A stretch of 34,368 nucleotides of DNA from a virus. Lineage: Duplodnaviria; Caudoviricetes. Below, piece after piece: positions 24,959 to 34,092 of this stretch. Made by a program: the position numbers and the translations under genes. The stretch lies in IMG/VR virus record IMGVR_UViG_3300038312_000389, positions 1 to 34,368 of that record. One strand, 5' to 3'. Numbering within the stretch: position 1 is the first letter of the stretch; the number at the start of each line of letters is the position of its first letter. A model generated the notes under the pieces. That model searched no databases. It saw only the letters and a program-made list of their open reading frames with translations, and had not been told where the DNA came from.

Positions 24959-27943
24959 ATGTCAGCGGCAAACCCGGTAGGGATCATCAACCATATACAC
25001 GCTTTTGATCTGGTCATGCTGTTTACGATCATGGACCAGTATTCGGACGGTTCGCCCGCTGGAATAACCCGGATTTACTACACACCGAAAATATCATCCG
25101 ACAATGGGTTCAGCGCTGTAGGGGATGCTTATGTGGGGCACGGGGTCACAATAACTCCGAGTATCAGCGGCAACAACATATCGTTCAATCTGACTACTGC
25201 GGGTGGACTGATCAGCGGATTCGACACCTGCTTTACCGACATATGGGAATTGGATATAAGCTCCGGCGGAAGTACTGTAGCCTCGGAGGATGGAGATTGG
25301 TTATCGGATGAAATCACCGTTCGGATAGCGATAATTATGCTCCCCTACTGGCGTTGTCAGATGCCGGACTTTGTTAATTTGAGAATGGGGGAATCGTTCA
25401 GCGGTCAAGGTCTTTCTCCGTCCGTTCCCTGGGGTCCGTACTTTTACGATGGTACTCACGGGCAGCTGTGGGTTCCGGAATATAAAAACGTTAACGGCTC
25501 CGAGCAGATCGAAGCCATATGCACCGGACTTAGGATTGACACGGAGGAGGATCTCCCTAATCAGCGCATGATGTTCGGGACGGTAGGATTCCGTGGTGCG
25601 TTTCAGATTTTTGGTTCTGCCTCTTATCCCTATAACGGACTGCCTAACTGGCCTGTAACTGAACTCATTGCCGGGGTCAGCGTGTACCGGTGCATAAGCC
25701 CGGCTTTATCCCCGTATCAGGTCGCGGAAATAGCGACCCAACCCATTACTATGGAGGGTAAGGATACGGCGCGTATTAGAGGCATGGCCCTGATATTAAT
25801 TGAAGACAGCCATTTGGAAGCTACCGGTGCCTCATGGGTTAAATCTAAGCCGTCAGCCGGAGCAACCGAGTGGAATATCGCCTACAGTTATAATGTCGTG
25901 GACTATACCGGAAAAATACGAATCGATCACGGTACGGTTATGTTGACGGGGACCAGGCAGGGACTGATGGACGATGAGCCTGTCGTGATAACGGCGGGAC
26001 CTTACTACATAGACCCTACTTATGATATCCCGCCGAAAGGAACGTGGAATGGATTCGATTTTGAACGGGGGTTAGCCATATGGCACATTAACAACCGCTA
26101 TGCGGCGACTGGTATAATTGACAAATACGTTGAGTATGAGGAAGACGGTTTTACAGTCAAAAAATCGGAAGAATATAAAATCCCGGAGCCTAATCATTGG
26201 CATGACATTTATGCCATAGACTTGGACTTTGCATCCGACATGCCTGACGATGTACCGCAGGAAGTCACGGATTGGATTCAGGAACTTGAATCGGAGGCGG
26301 CAAGCAAGGAGCCTCCCGAATCTTTAGACTATTCGACCATCAAGTACGATGTGTACGACAACGGCACCGAACTTGTTCCGAATCCCGACAGTGAAAGCAT
26401 TATCCCACAAGTCGTAGGCTGGTCTGACGAACGAATCCTCCATATAACCGCCCCTAAGGAGTGGTGGTTCGTAGGTGATCAGATAATCACACCTACTACC
26501 GTGTTCGATAAAACGGCGCTCGTTTATTCGCCTGGCGGTTATATAAATAATGATGTGGTTGATTTGGTTCCTGTTGCCAAAGAATCCCCTGATAGTGAGG
26601 CGTGGGATGGACTAAGCGCACTATCATTGTCAAATCAATATTCCAAACTTGATAATAAATGCGCGATCCTGCCGGGGGCGGTTGCGGCAATGTTTAACGC
26701 ACCACCCTGCGCCCATAATTTCGCCAGAAACTTAAGCGCAGTAACGATCAGTTTTAAAATCAAAACGGGAGGCGGGGTTTATCGTCAATATAGTACCAGT
26801 AAGAGTGAATCTTTTTATCCGGGAATGGAATCGGTAATGGACGGTACTAGCTATCGCATACAGGATTCGAATGCGGTCACACTAAAAGGGTCGTGCACTG
26901 CGGTCGGCATTATCGACTCGGCTAATCAGGACTATATCAAATTTATTTTCATCGGGACCGATGTCACATACGACACCGAAAACGCGAGGAGTTCTTACTA
27001 CATTACATCTACTTATAATGACCCGTGGATGGGAGGTCACGGATTTAGCGGGGACCTTATCGCCCCGCATATCCCGTCGCCGGACGCGGTATTCAGCGAC
27101 GGGTATGTCTTCGGGGAAATGATTATGACAACCTCACGGTCTATGCAGGACACCAGACCGACAGAGGTTATCTATTTCTCCAATTTCCAAGCCCGTGTGC
27201 GGGAGCAGGCTCCGGAGCAACCAGATGTACTGACGGAGACGTTTTGGGAGTATTGGCCCGGAGCAACCGAACTCTATACATCGGAACGCCGGAGTACCCG
27301 TGGAGCTATAGATGCCGTACACAAAGCATCGTTTATCGATTTTAAAGGGGAACGGTGGTTAGGCTCATTTGCACCAATCAGTACTGTAGGAAACGGCGGC
27401 ATCAGTCTAAGTTATCGGGCGAGAGGCAATTTTAATTATTACTGGGATAGAGAGGGCGAAAGCCCACCGTCTGGGTTTGAGTCATACCTGAATTATTTGG
27501 CTGACATGATGGCCCCGAACGGGGACGGCGAGCCTACGCTTAATTGCAGTTACGATGGAATCAAAGCTGTCGGCAACGGAGGGAGAGGGTTTGGACCTCA
27601 CGTAGGGAATAAAGAGTTTTATGGCGATGTAAAGTCCGTAATTGATCAGATGCACGAAGTATGCCTGACGCTTGGCGCAAATCGCTACAAAGGCGCTCCG
27701 TATGGGAATACACCGGCAGGTGATATATCCGGAGCGCCCGGATTTATTCAGCCGTCGGCAATGTTGGACGATGACTTTTCGTCTTATGCTTTTTTGGGTG
27801 AGAAGCCGATTATCTCATGCAACTACCCAGTAATGAACACCGAACCCCCCGTTGGATTTGTATTGGAGAGTAAATCGGTTCAGGAAGTCCGTCTGATTTT
27901 ACAAGTGTCAAATTTGTCAACGCTGGAAATTACAATCTCATAA
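24959..27943 (+). CDS. Large acidic tail/baseplate-region protein of unknown family
   Basis: 994-aa ORF, GAGGT RBS; codon usage visibly more A/T-ending than the core genes. Confidence 0.7.
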   Translation: MSAANPVGIINHIHAFDLVMLFTIMDQYSDGSPAGITRIYYTPKISSDNGFSAVGDAYVGHGVTITPSISGNNISFNLTTAGGLISGFDTCFTDIWELDISSGGSTVASEDGDWLSDEITVRIAIIMLPYWRCQMPDFVNLRMGESFSGQGLSPSVPWGPYFYDGTHGQLWVPEYKNVNGSEQIEAICTGLRIDTEEDLPNQRMMFGTVGFRGAFQIFGSASYPYNGLPNWPVTELIAGVSVYRCISPALSPYQVAEIATQPITMEGKDTARIRGMALILIEDSHLEATGASWVKSKPSAGATEWNIAYSYNVVDYTGKIRIDHGTVMLTGTRQGLMDDEPVVITAGPYYIDPTYDIPPKGTWNGFDFERGLAIWHINNRYAATGIIDKYVEYEEDGFTVKKSEEYKIPEPNHWHDIYAIDLDFASDMPDDVPQEVTDWIQELESEAASKEPPESLDYSTIKYDVYDNGTELVPNPDSESIIPQVVGWSDERILHITAPKEWWFVGDQIITPTTVFDKTALVYSPGGYINNDVVDLVPVAKESPDSEAWDGLSALSLSNQYSKLDNKCAILPGAVAAMFNAPPCAHNFARNLSAVTISFKIKTGGGVYRQYSTSKSESFYPGMESVMDGTSYRIQDSNAVTLKGSCTAVGIIDSANQDYIKFIFIGTDVTYDTENARSSYYITSTYNDPWMGGHGFSGDLIAPHIPSPDAVFSDGYVFGEMIMTTSRSMQDTRPTEVIYFSNFQARVREQAPEQPDVLTETFWEYWPGATELYTSERRSTRGAIDAVHKASFIDFKGERWLGSFAPISTVGNGGISLSYRARGNFNYYWDREGESPPSGFESYLNYLADMMAPNGDGEPTLNCSYDGIKAVGNGGRGFGPHVGNKEFYGDVKSVIDQMHEVCLTLGANRYKGAPYGNTPAGDISGAPGFIQPSAMLDDDFSSYAFLGEKPIISCNYPVMNTEPPVGFVLESKSVQEVRLILQVSNLSTLEITIS

Positions 27944-27966
27944 AAATACAATCGAGGTGAACGAAA

Positions 27967-30210
27967 ATGATTTATAGAGTAAACAACCAGACAAAAAAGT
28001 TCGCGAAATGGTCGGAAATCCCGGTCTTTTTCGCGGCGCAGATCGCGCCTTACACGTTTCGCTTTGCGGACGAATGCGGCAAGCCGCTGGCGATGGACGC
28101 CGCCGATCAGTTTTACCTGGTCGCGGATATCGATTTTAAGCGCCAGACCGAGGCGGCGGTGCCTAAAACGTTGGCGCTGGCGGCGGATATCGACGCGGAA
28201 ACCGGCACAGTTACATTCCGCCTGAACACCGCCGGGGCGCGCTACCTCGAAACAATCAAACAGGCCGGAACGCTGCTGAAAACCGAAATCCGGCGCTTGC
28301 CATTCGGCGGCGCCTCGTGGGAGGTGCTGTTGCAGGATGGCGCCACCGGCAACCCCGATGTGATCGATCCTATGACGCCGGTACCGGAGCCTCAAGATAA
28401 TTATGTGCGGTCAATAAACGATTTGTCCGGAAATGTTGTTTTTATTGATAGCGAGGGGAATATACTTGAAGTTGTTGATGGTAAAATAAAAATGCCAAGA
28501 GTTGCTGGCCCTGCCGGTGCGGCCGGAGCCAAGGGTGACAAGGGCGATCCCGGTGAGCCCGGCGCTGATGGCGCGGACGGCGCGAAAGGTGACAAGGGCG
28601 ACAAGGGCGATCCCGGTGAACCCGGCGCAGACGGTGCCAAGGGCGACAAAGGCGATCCCGGTGAGCCCGGCGCTGACGGCCAGGACGGCGCACAAGGCCC
28701 GCCCGGGGCCGATGGCGCGGACGGTGCGGACGGCCAGGATGGCCCGAAAGGCGACAAAGGCGACAAAGGCGATCCCGGCGAGCCCGGCGCTGACGGCCAG
28801 GACGGCGCACAAGGCCCGCCCGGGGCCGATGGTGCGGACGGTGCCAAAGGCGACAAGGGCGACAAGGGCGATCCCGGTGAGCCCGGCGCTGATGGTGCAG
28901 ACGGTGCCAAGGGCGACAAAGGCGATCCCGGTGAGCCCGGCGAGCCCGGCGCCGATGGCGCGGACGGCGCGGATGGCGCGAAAGGTGACAAGGGCGACAA
29001 GGGCGACAAAGGCGAACCCGGTGAGCCCGGCGCGGACGGCCAGGACGGCGCACAAGGCCCGCCCGGGGCCGATGGCGCGGATGGCGCGAAAGGTGACAAG
29101 GGCGACAAGGGCGACAAAGGCGATCCCGGTGAGCCCGGTGCGAAAGGCGACAAGGGCGACAAGGGCGATCCCGGTGAACCCGGTGAGCCCGGCGCGAAAG
29201 GCGACAAGGGTGATCCCGGCGAGCCCGGCGCAGACGGTGCAGACGGTGCCAAGGGCGACAAAGGCGATCCCGGTGAGCCCGGCGCAGACGGCGCGGATGG
29301 CGCGGACGGCCAGGATGGCCCGAAAGGCGACAAGGGCGATCCCGGTGAGCCCGGTGCGGACGGCGCAGATGGCGCACAAGGCCCACCCGGGGCCGATGGT
29401 GCGGACGGTGCCAAAGGCGACAAGGGCGACAAGGGCGATCCCGGTGAGCCCGGCGCGGACGGCGCGAAGGGCGACAAGGGCGACAAGGGCGATCCCGGTG
29501 AGCCCGGTGCGGACGGCGGCGGCATCCCGGATGCCCCGACTGACGGCAAAACCTATGGTCGAAAAGACGGTGACTGGAGCGAGGTTACTGGTCTAGAAGC
29601 GGGTGACTACAGCTTTACCAGCGCGGCGGTCATTGATCGCGAGCTGACGATCCCGGACACGCGCCCGGTTGTCGCGGTGATCGATGAATCTGGACGGCAG
29701 TATCCGTTTGCGTTGGATGAGGTGGTTTACAAATCGGCGACCACGGAAATCAGTCTGGCGGCGATCATGACGTATCGCAATCTGACCGCTATTCCCGGCA
29801 CTTGGCGAATCGTTTTCGCGGTCGGTCAAAAAGGTACAGACGGTGAAGATTTCGCCCCTGACGAGCGGGGAACACTTGCCGAACGCACCCAATACGACGG
29901 CGAAGCAAAGGGCTTTTCCTATCTCGATATCGACACAGGGGTCATTTATCATAAATTGAGCGCGACAAACGGCGACTGGAACGATGGATTCAGCCTGCGC
30001 GGTGACAAAGGCGATCCCGGTGAGCCCGGTGCGGACGGCGCAGATGGCGCACAAGGCCCACCCGGGGCCGATGGTGCGGACGGTGCCAAAGGCGACAAGG
30101 GCGACAAGGGCGACAAGGGCGATCCCGGTGAGCCCGGTTCAGTCAATGTTATCGTTAGTCTGACCGAACCGCAAAACCCAACTGACGGTATGATCTGGAT
30201 ACAGGAGTAA
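27967..30210 (+). CDS. Collagen-like fibre protein with a fibritin foldon-like motif
   Basis: About 112 Gly-X-Y triplets (28507-29514), then GIPDAPTDGKTYGRKDGDWSEV, and a second short collagen tract (30001-30137). Confidence 0.92.
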   Translation: MIYRVNNQTKKFAKWSEIPVFFAAQIAPYTFRFADECGKPLAMDAADQFYLVADIDFKRQTEAAVPKTLALAADIDAETGTVTFRLNTAGARYLETIKQAGTLLKTEIRRLPFGGASWEVLLQDGATGNPDVIDPMTPVPEPQDNYVRSINDLSGNVVFIDSEGNILEVVDGKIKMPRVAGPAGAAGAKGDKGDPGEPGADGADGAKGDKGDKGDPGEPGADGAKGDKGDPGEPGADGQDGAQGPPGADGADGADGQDGPKGDKGDKGDPGEPGADGQDGAQGPPGADGADGAKGDKGDKGDPGEPGADGADGAKGDKGDPGEPGEPGADGADGADGAKGDKGDKGDKGEPGEPGADGQDGAQGPPGADGADGAKGDKGDKGDKGDPGEPGAKGDKGDKGDPGEPGEPGAKGDKGDPGEPGADGADGAKGDKGDPGEPGADGADGADGQDGPKGDKGDPGEPGADGADGAQGPPGADGADGAKGDKGDKGDPGEPGADGAKGDKGDKGDPGEPGADGGGIPDAPTDGKTYGRKDGDWSEVTGLEAGDYSFTSAAVIDRELTIPDTRPVVAVIDESGRQYPFALDEVVYKSATTEISLAAIMTYRNLTAIPGTWRIVFAVGQKGTDGEDFAPDERGTLAERTQYDGEAKGFSYLDIDTGVIYHKLSATNGDWNDGFSLRGDKGDPGEPGADGADGAQGPPGADGADGAKGDKGDKGDKGDPGEPGSVNVIVSLTEPQNPTDGMIWIQE
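28507..29514 (+). repeat. Collagen-coding 9-bp-unit repeat mosaic (GAD, GAK, GDK, GDP, GEP, GQD, GAQ, GPP)
   Basis: Seen directly; the ~29326-29450 block is near-identically repeated at 30001-30137. Confidence 0.95.
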
Positions 30211-30215
30211 CGGCG

Positions 30216-31424
30216 ATGGCGGTAAAAGTATACAAAAATGAAGCATGGCATCCACTCGCAGGGCAGAAAATACGCGTCGGTAATCAATGGAAAACCATAA
30301 ATGACACTGACCGGTTTTATTATAATGGACAATGGTACGAAATTGGTGAATTCATGGAGAGGCAATATCTCTATGCGTGCGGCTATAGCGGTCGCGGTCA
30401 ACTCGGTCTCGACTATACCGAAACCAGCAACGTATTCACCCGTGTAGGTACCGCGTCAAATTGGGCGAAAGCCTCAGCAGGACAGTACCACACCCTTGCG
30501 ATCAATAGCGACGGGGAATTGTACGCGTGCGGCTTTGGCGATTACGGCCAACTCGGTCTCGGAGATTCAAGTAATCGAAACACACTGACCCGTGTAGGTA
30601 CCGCGTCAAATTGGGTACAAGTCTCAGGCGGGGGAGAACATACCCTGGCGATCAATAGCGACGGGGAGCTGTATGCGTGTGGCCGTAATAATAGCGGTCA
30701 ACTCGGTCTTGGCGACGAAAGTAATCGAAACACACTGACCCGTGTCGGTACCGCATCAAATTGGGTACAAGTCTCCGCAGGGTTTAGGCACACTCTTGCG
30801 CTTAATAGCGCAGGGGAGCTATATGCGTGCGGTTATAACGTTGACGGCCGGCTCGGTCTTGGCGACAAAAATAATCGAGACACACTGACCCGTGTAGGTA
30901 CCGCGTCAAATTGGGTACAAGTCTCAGCCGGGCGGCTCCATACTCTTGCGCTTAATAGTGAAGGGGAACTGTATGCGTGCGGTTATAACGTTGACGGCCA
31001 ACTCGGTCTTGGTGATTCACCTGACCACAGTAGCTTAACCCGTGTTAGCACCGCGTCAAACTGGACGCAAGTCGCAGCAGGGTATTACCACACCCTTGCG
31101 CTTAATAGCGCAAGGGAGCTGTATGCGTGCGGCTTGAACACTATCGGACAGCTCGGTCTTGGCGACAAAAATAATCGAGACACACTGACCCGTGTAGGCA
31201 CCGCGTCAAATTGGGCGAAAGTCGCAGCCGGGTATGGGCACACCCTGGCGATCAATAGCGACGGGGAGCTGTATGCGTGCGGCTATAACGGTAGCGGTCA
31301 ACTCGGTCTTGGCGACGAAAGTAATCGAAACACACTGACCCGTGTCGGAATCGCTTCAAATTGGATACAAGTCTCAGCAGGACAGGTCCATACCCTGGCG
31401 ATTCATAAAATTGAGGAGACTTAA
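30216..31424 (+). CDS. RCC1-repeat seven-bladed beta-propeller, probable receptor-binding protein
   Basis: Seven 50-aa repeats at an exact 150-bp period: LYACGxxxxGQLGLG...TRVGTASNWxxVSAGxxHTLA. Confidence 0.93.
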   Translation: MAVKVYKNEAWHPLAGQKIRVGNQWKTINDTDRFYYNGQWYEIGEFMERQYLYACGYSGRGQLGLDYTETSNVFTRVGTASNWAKASAGQYHTLAINSDGELYACGFGDYGQLGLGDSSNRNTLTRVGTASNWVQVSGGGEHTLAINSDGELYACGRNNSGQLGLGDESNRNTLTRVGTASNWVQVSAGFRHTLALNSAGELYACGYNVDGRLGLGDKNNRDTLTRVGTASNWVQVSAGRLHTLALNSEGELYACGYNVDGQLGLGDSPDHSSLTRVSTASNWTQVAAGYYHTLALNSARELYACGLNTIGQLGLGDKNNRDTLTRVGTASNWAKVAAGYGHTLAINSDGELYACGYNGSGQLGLGDESNRNTLTRVGIASNWIQVSAGQVHTLAIHKIEET

Positions 31425-31427
31425 AAT

Positions 31428-32615
31428 ATGCAGATTTCACCATTTAAAACCGAACAGGATTTTGCCAACGCCGCGCCGCCGCCCGAAGGCTACTACCTGC
31501 GCTGGATCAAGCGCAACGCGGACGGTACGGCAACAGAGTACATCAAGGACCATACAGGCACCGTCCGGGTGCTTAACACTGGAGGCACAGGCGGTGGCAT
31601 CCCAGAAGCTCCCGAAGATGGTAAGACCTACGGTCGAAGGGATGGTGGGTGGAGTGAGGTTACTGACAACGAAACACCCGGAAACCTTCCTGATCCGGTT
31701 AATCCCAATGATATGTTGGTTGCTACGGATACTGATCCATCAAACGACCCAAACACAACTTTACTCATGCATTTTGATGAATCGGACGCAGAATTCACCG
31801 ATGCGTCTATGTATGAAAATACTATTACTAATTTTGGAGCTACGTATAGTCCAAACGGTAAATTCGGCGGTTGTGCTGTTTTTAATGGAACTCAGTATTT
31901 ACAAGTATCAACAGGGGATGGATTAGATTGGGGCACCGGCGCTGGGACTGTAGAATTTTTGATGTACGGATACGAGGACGCCAATACATCCAGCGCTGTT
32001 ATTGCCGCTCCAGGAAACTGGGGAGCTGGTGGAATTTCGATCTCATTCGACCGCTCAGGACGTAGAAAAAAGATTGAAGTATGGATATACGACCACAAGT
32101 CCGGTAGTCCGTCATTAATATCGTCTAACGAATTCGATCGTCTGGCATGGCATCACGTTGCGTTGGTTCGGTATTCTAATACGATAATGTTGTTCGTCAA
32201 CGGTACGGTACAGGGAAGTATAACTGTTTCGTCATCCCTAACAATAAACTGGCAGGGGTCAGGGAATCATTCGGTTATCGGTTATAATGAAGCAGACTCA
32301 CTAGGCTTTAAAGGTATGGTTGATGAGTTACGTGTCACTAAAGGTAAAGCTTTATATTTGGTAGAATTCAGTCCTCCAGAACATCCGTACGGTGGTGGTT
32401 TGTCGTGGGAAGCAGTTTCTAAGGAATTCGTAAAAGACATGCTTGGACTCTCCCTTCCGATCCCGGCCACTGCCACCGAAGACGCTGTAACGGACCCGGA
32501 TACCGGCATCGTGACCGTCAAGTTGCGCCCGGTTACAGTTACCGAAAACGGCGCGGAATGGGATGGAGCCGAAGTGACTGCAATCGTGGGCTGGACGGCC
32601 CCGCAGGAGGGCTAA
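31428..32615 (+). CDS. Foldon-like motif plus LamG/concanavalin-like domain tail protein
   Basis: GIPEAPEDGKTYGRRDGGWSEV; TTLLMHFDE, GKFGGCAVFNG, WHHVALVR, FKGMVDELRVTKGKALY. Confidence 0.88.
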   Translation: MQISPFKTEQDFANAAPPPEGYYLRWIKRNADGTATEYIKDHTGTVRVLNTGGTGGGIPEAPEDGKTYGRRDGGWSEVTDNETPGNLPDPVNPNDMLVATDTDPSNDPNTTLLMHFDESDAEFTDASMYENTITNFGATYSPNGKFGGCAVFNGTQYLQVSTGDGLDWGTGAGTVEFLMYGYEDANTSSAVIAAPGNWGAGGISISFDRSGRRKKIEVWIYDHKSGSPSLISSNEFDRLAWHHVALVRYSNTIMLFVNGTVQGSITVSSSLTINWQGSGNHSVIGYNEADSLGFKGMVDELRVTKGKALYLVEFSPPEHPYGGGLSWEAVSKEFVKDMLGLSLPIPATATEDAVTDPDTGIVTVKLRPVTVTENGAEWDGAEVTAIVGWTAPQEG

Positions 32616-32617
32616 TT

Positions 32618-33334
32618 ATGAGTACATTTTACATAAATCCGTCCGGTATCCTGCCGAAAGCCGGTGACCCCCTTTTATATTATCCGAGCCTTGGTATCGC
32701 TGTTCCGCTGGTAAAACCGCTGCTCATGCCAACCGCAGGGCTATTGGCGTATTATCCGTTGACTGCAAACGGAAATGATGCTTCCGGTAATGGGCGCCAT
32801 GCGTTTGTTTCCGGCTCCCTGACATTCGGCGCAAACGGAGCAAGCGGTTTTTCGGTCGCCAACTACCTTAGTTTGCCGGCATCATTGCTGGCCGGAGTAA
32901 GCGCCTTTACCATTTCGATAAAATTCAAAGTAACTTCGGCATCAAAATGTGCCATTTATTATGCCAAAGGGTCCACGTCGAACAGCGCGCGAGACATTGG
33001 AGTTTATAACGTCTATGCTCTAAATACCACATGGTACGTATCCTGGGCGGTTGGTCGAGATTCCCCAACCATGACCTTTAGCCCTGGGGAGGAATACCAT
33101 ATGATACTTGCCTGGACCGGGTCGGTCATAGCCTGTAAAATCAATATGGTTCAACAATTTACCGCTAATTACTCTGATTTTGCAGGGATTGGCTTGCTCG
33201 AGCATTCGCTCGGGGTGTCGCAATATCATGTAAGTCAAAACGCATGGAGCGCGTTCAATGGGTCAATCCGTGCAGTGAGATTTTACAACCGCGTCTTGAG
33301 CACAGACGAGCAAACATTATTGATGGAGGAATAA
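32618..33334 (+). CDS. LamG/concanavalin-like domain protein
   Basis: GLLAYYPLTANGNDASGNG...FNGSIRAVRFYNRVLS; ATG 32618 after AGGAGG. Confidence 0.88.
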   Translation: MSTFYINPSGILPKAGDPLLYYPSLGIAVPLVKPLLMPTAGLLAYYPLTANGNDASGNGRHAFVSGSLTFGANGASGFSVANYLSLPASLLAGVSAFTISIKFKVTSASKCAIYYAKGSTSNSARDIGVYNVYALNTTWYVSWAVGRDSPTMTFSPGEEYHMILAWTGSVIACKINMVQQFTANYSDFAGIGLLEHSLGVSQYHVSQNAWSAFNGSIRAVRFYNRVLSTDEQTLLMEE

Positions 33335-33374
33335 TTATGAACAAGTTGACAATGACCGATTAAGTGGAGGGACC

Positions 33375-33818
33375 ATGACAAAATACACTGTAGCGCAAAT
33401 CGAACAATACCGGACAAGAGCGATTAAGCTCGGATTGAGCGCGTCGGATAACTATTGGAAAATGCCGACCGCGACACTGGCTGAAATCTGCAACGGTTAC
33501 GGCCCTGACCGCTGGCCGGAATCTTTACGCGATGTCCTTACTTGGATTTATCGGCACATGCCAATCGCCAGCCAAATCCATGACGAGCGATACGAGGCAA
33601 GCAACGGCATGGCCGATGCCCGTTTTGCGGCAGACGAGGAAATGCTGGCGAATATGCGAATCGAAGTCAAGTCCGAATATCCCTTGTGGAAAATCCACCG
33701 CCTGGGCCGTAGATGGGCTGAATTGGCAAAAGCCGAAGCGGCATACCTTGCCCTCCGGCGTAGCGGCAGCAAGGCGTGGATGGATGCTTATCAAAAGAAA
33801 AGGATAGCGCAAAAATGA
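33375..33818 (+). CDS. Phospholipase A2-like / DUF1353-like protein
   Basis: CNGYGP...SQIHDERY...RFAADEEMLANM resembles the HD..Y...D motif of these families; GGAGG RBS. Confidence 0.6.
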   Translation: MTKYTVAQIEQYRTRAIKLGLSASDNYWKMPTATLAEICNGYGPDRWPESLRDVLTWIYRHMPIASQIHDERYEASNGMADARFAADEEMLANMRIEVKSEYPLWKIHRLGRRWAELAKAEAAYLALRRSGSKAWMDAYQKKRIAQK

Positions 33819-34063
33819 CCGAAAACGAAATGCAGACATTGGCAAGTTTGATCGCCGCGAAAATGAAAAAAGAAAACACCTGCTGCCCCCTGAATGGGGT
33901 GACGCAGGAGCAAGCCGACGCGATTAAAAATGTCGCGGACGGCCTGATTGTCTCGAGGAAGACCTTTTGGGAGGTCACGCGCAAAGTACTGGCATACCTG
34001 ATTTGGGGCCTGATCGGCTATGGCATCATTGCCATGCTTGCGGAAGCATTCAATAAACGATAA
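33815..34063 (+). CDS. Holin-like single-TM protein
   Basis: ATGA overlap; C-terminal hydrophobic VLAYLIWGLIGYGIIAML. Confidence 0.55.
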   Translation: MTENEMQTLASLIAAKMKKENTCCPLNGVTQEQADAIKNVADGLIVSRKTFWEVTRKVLAYLIWGLIGYGIIAMLAEAFNKR

Positions 34064-34092
34064 TCACCACAAAAAAAAATGGAATCAAAAAA

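Noticed and set aside
28401-29596. Long alternate-frame and antisense ORFs over the collagen tract
   Set aside because: They are shadows of the GC-rich 9-bp repeat, which lacks stops in several frames.
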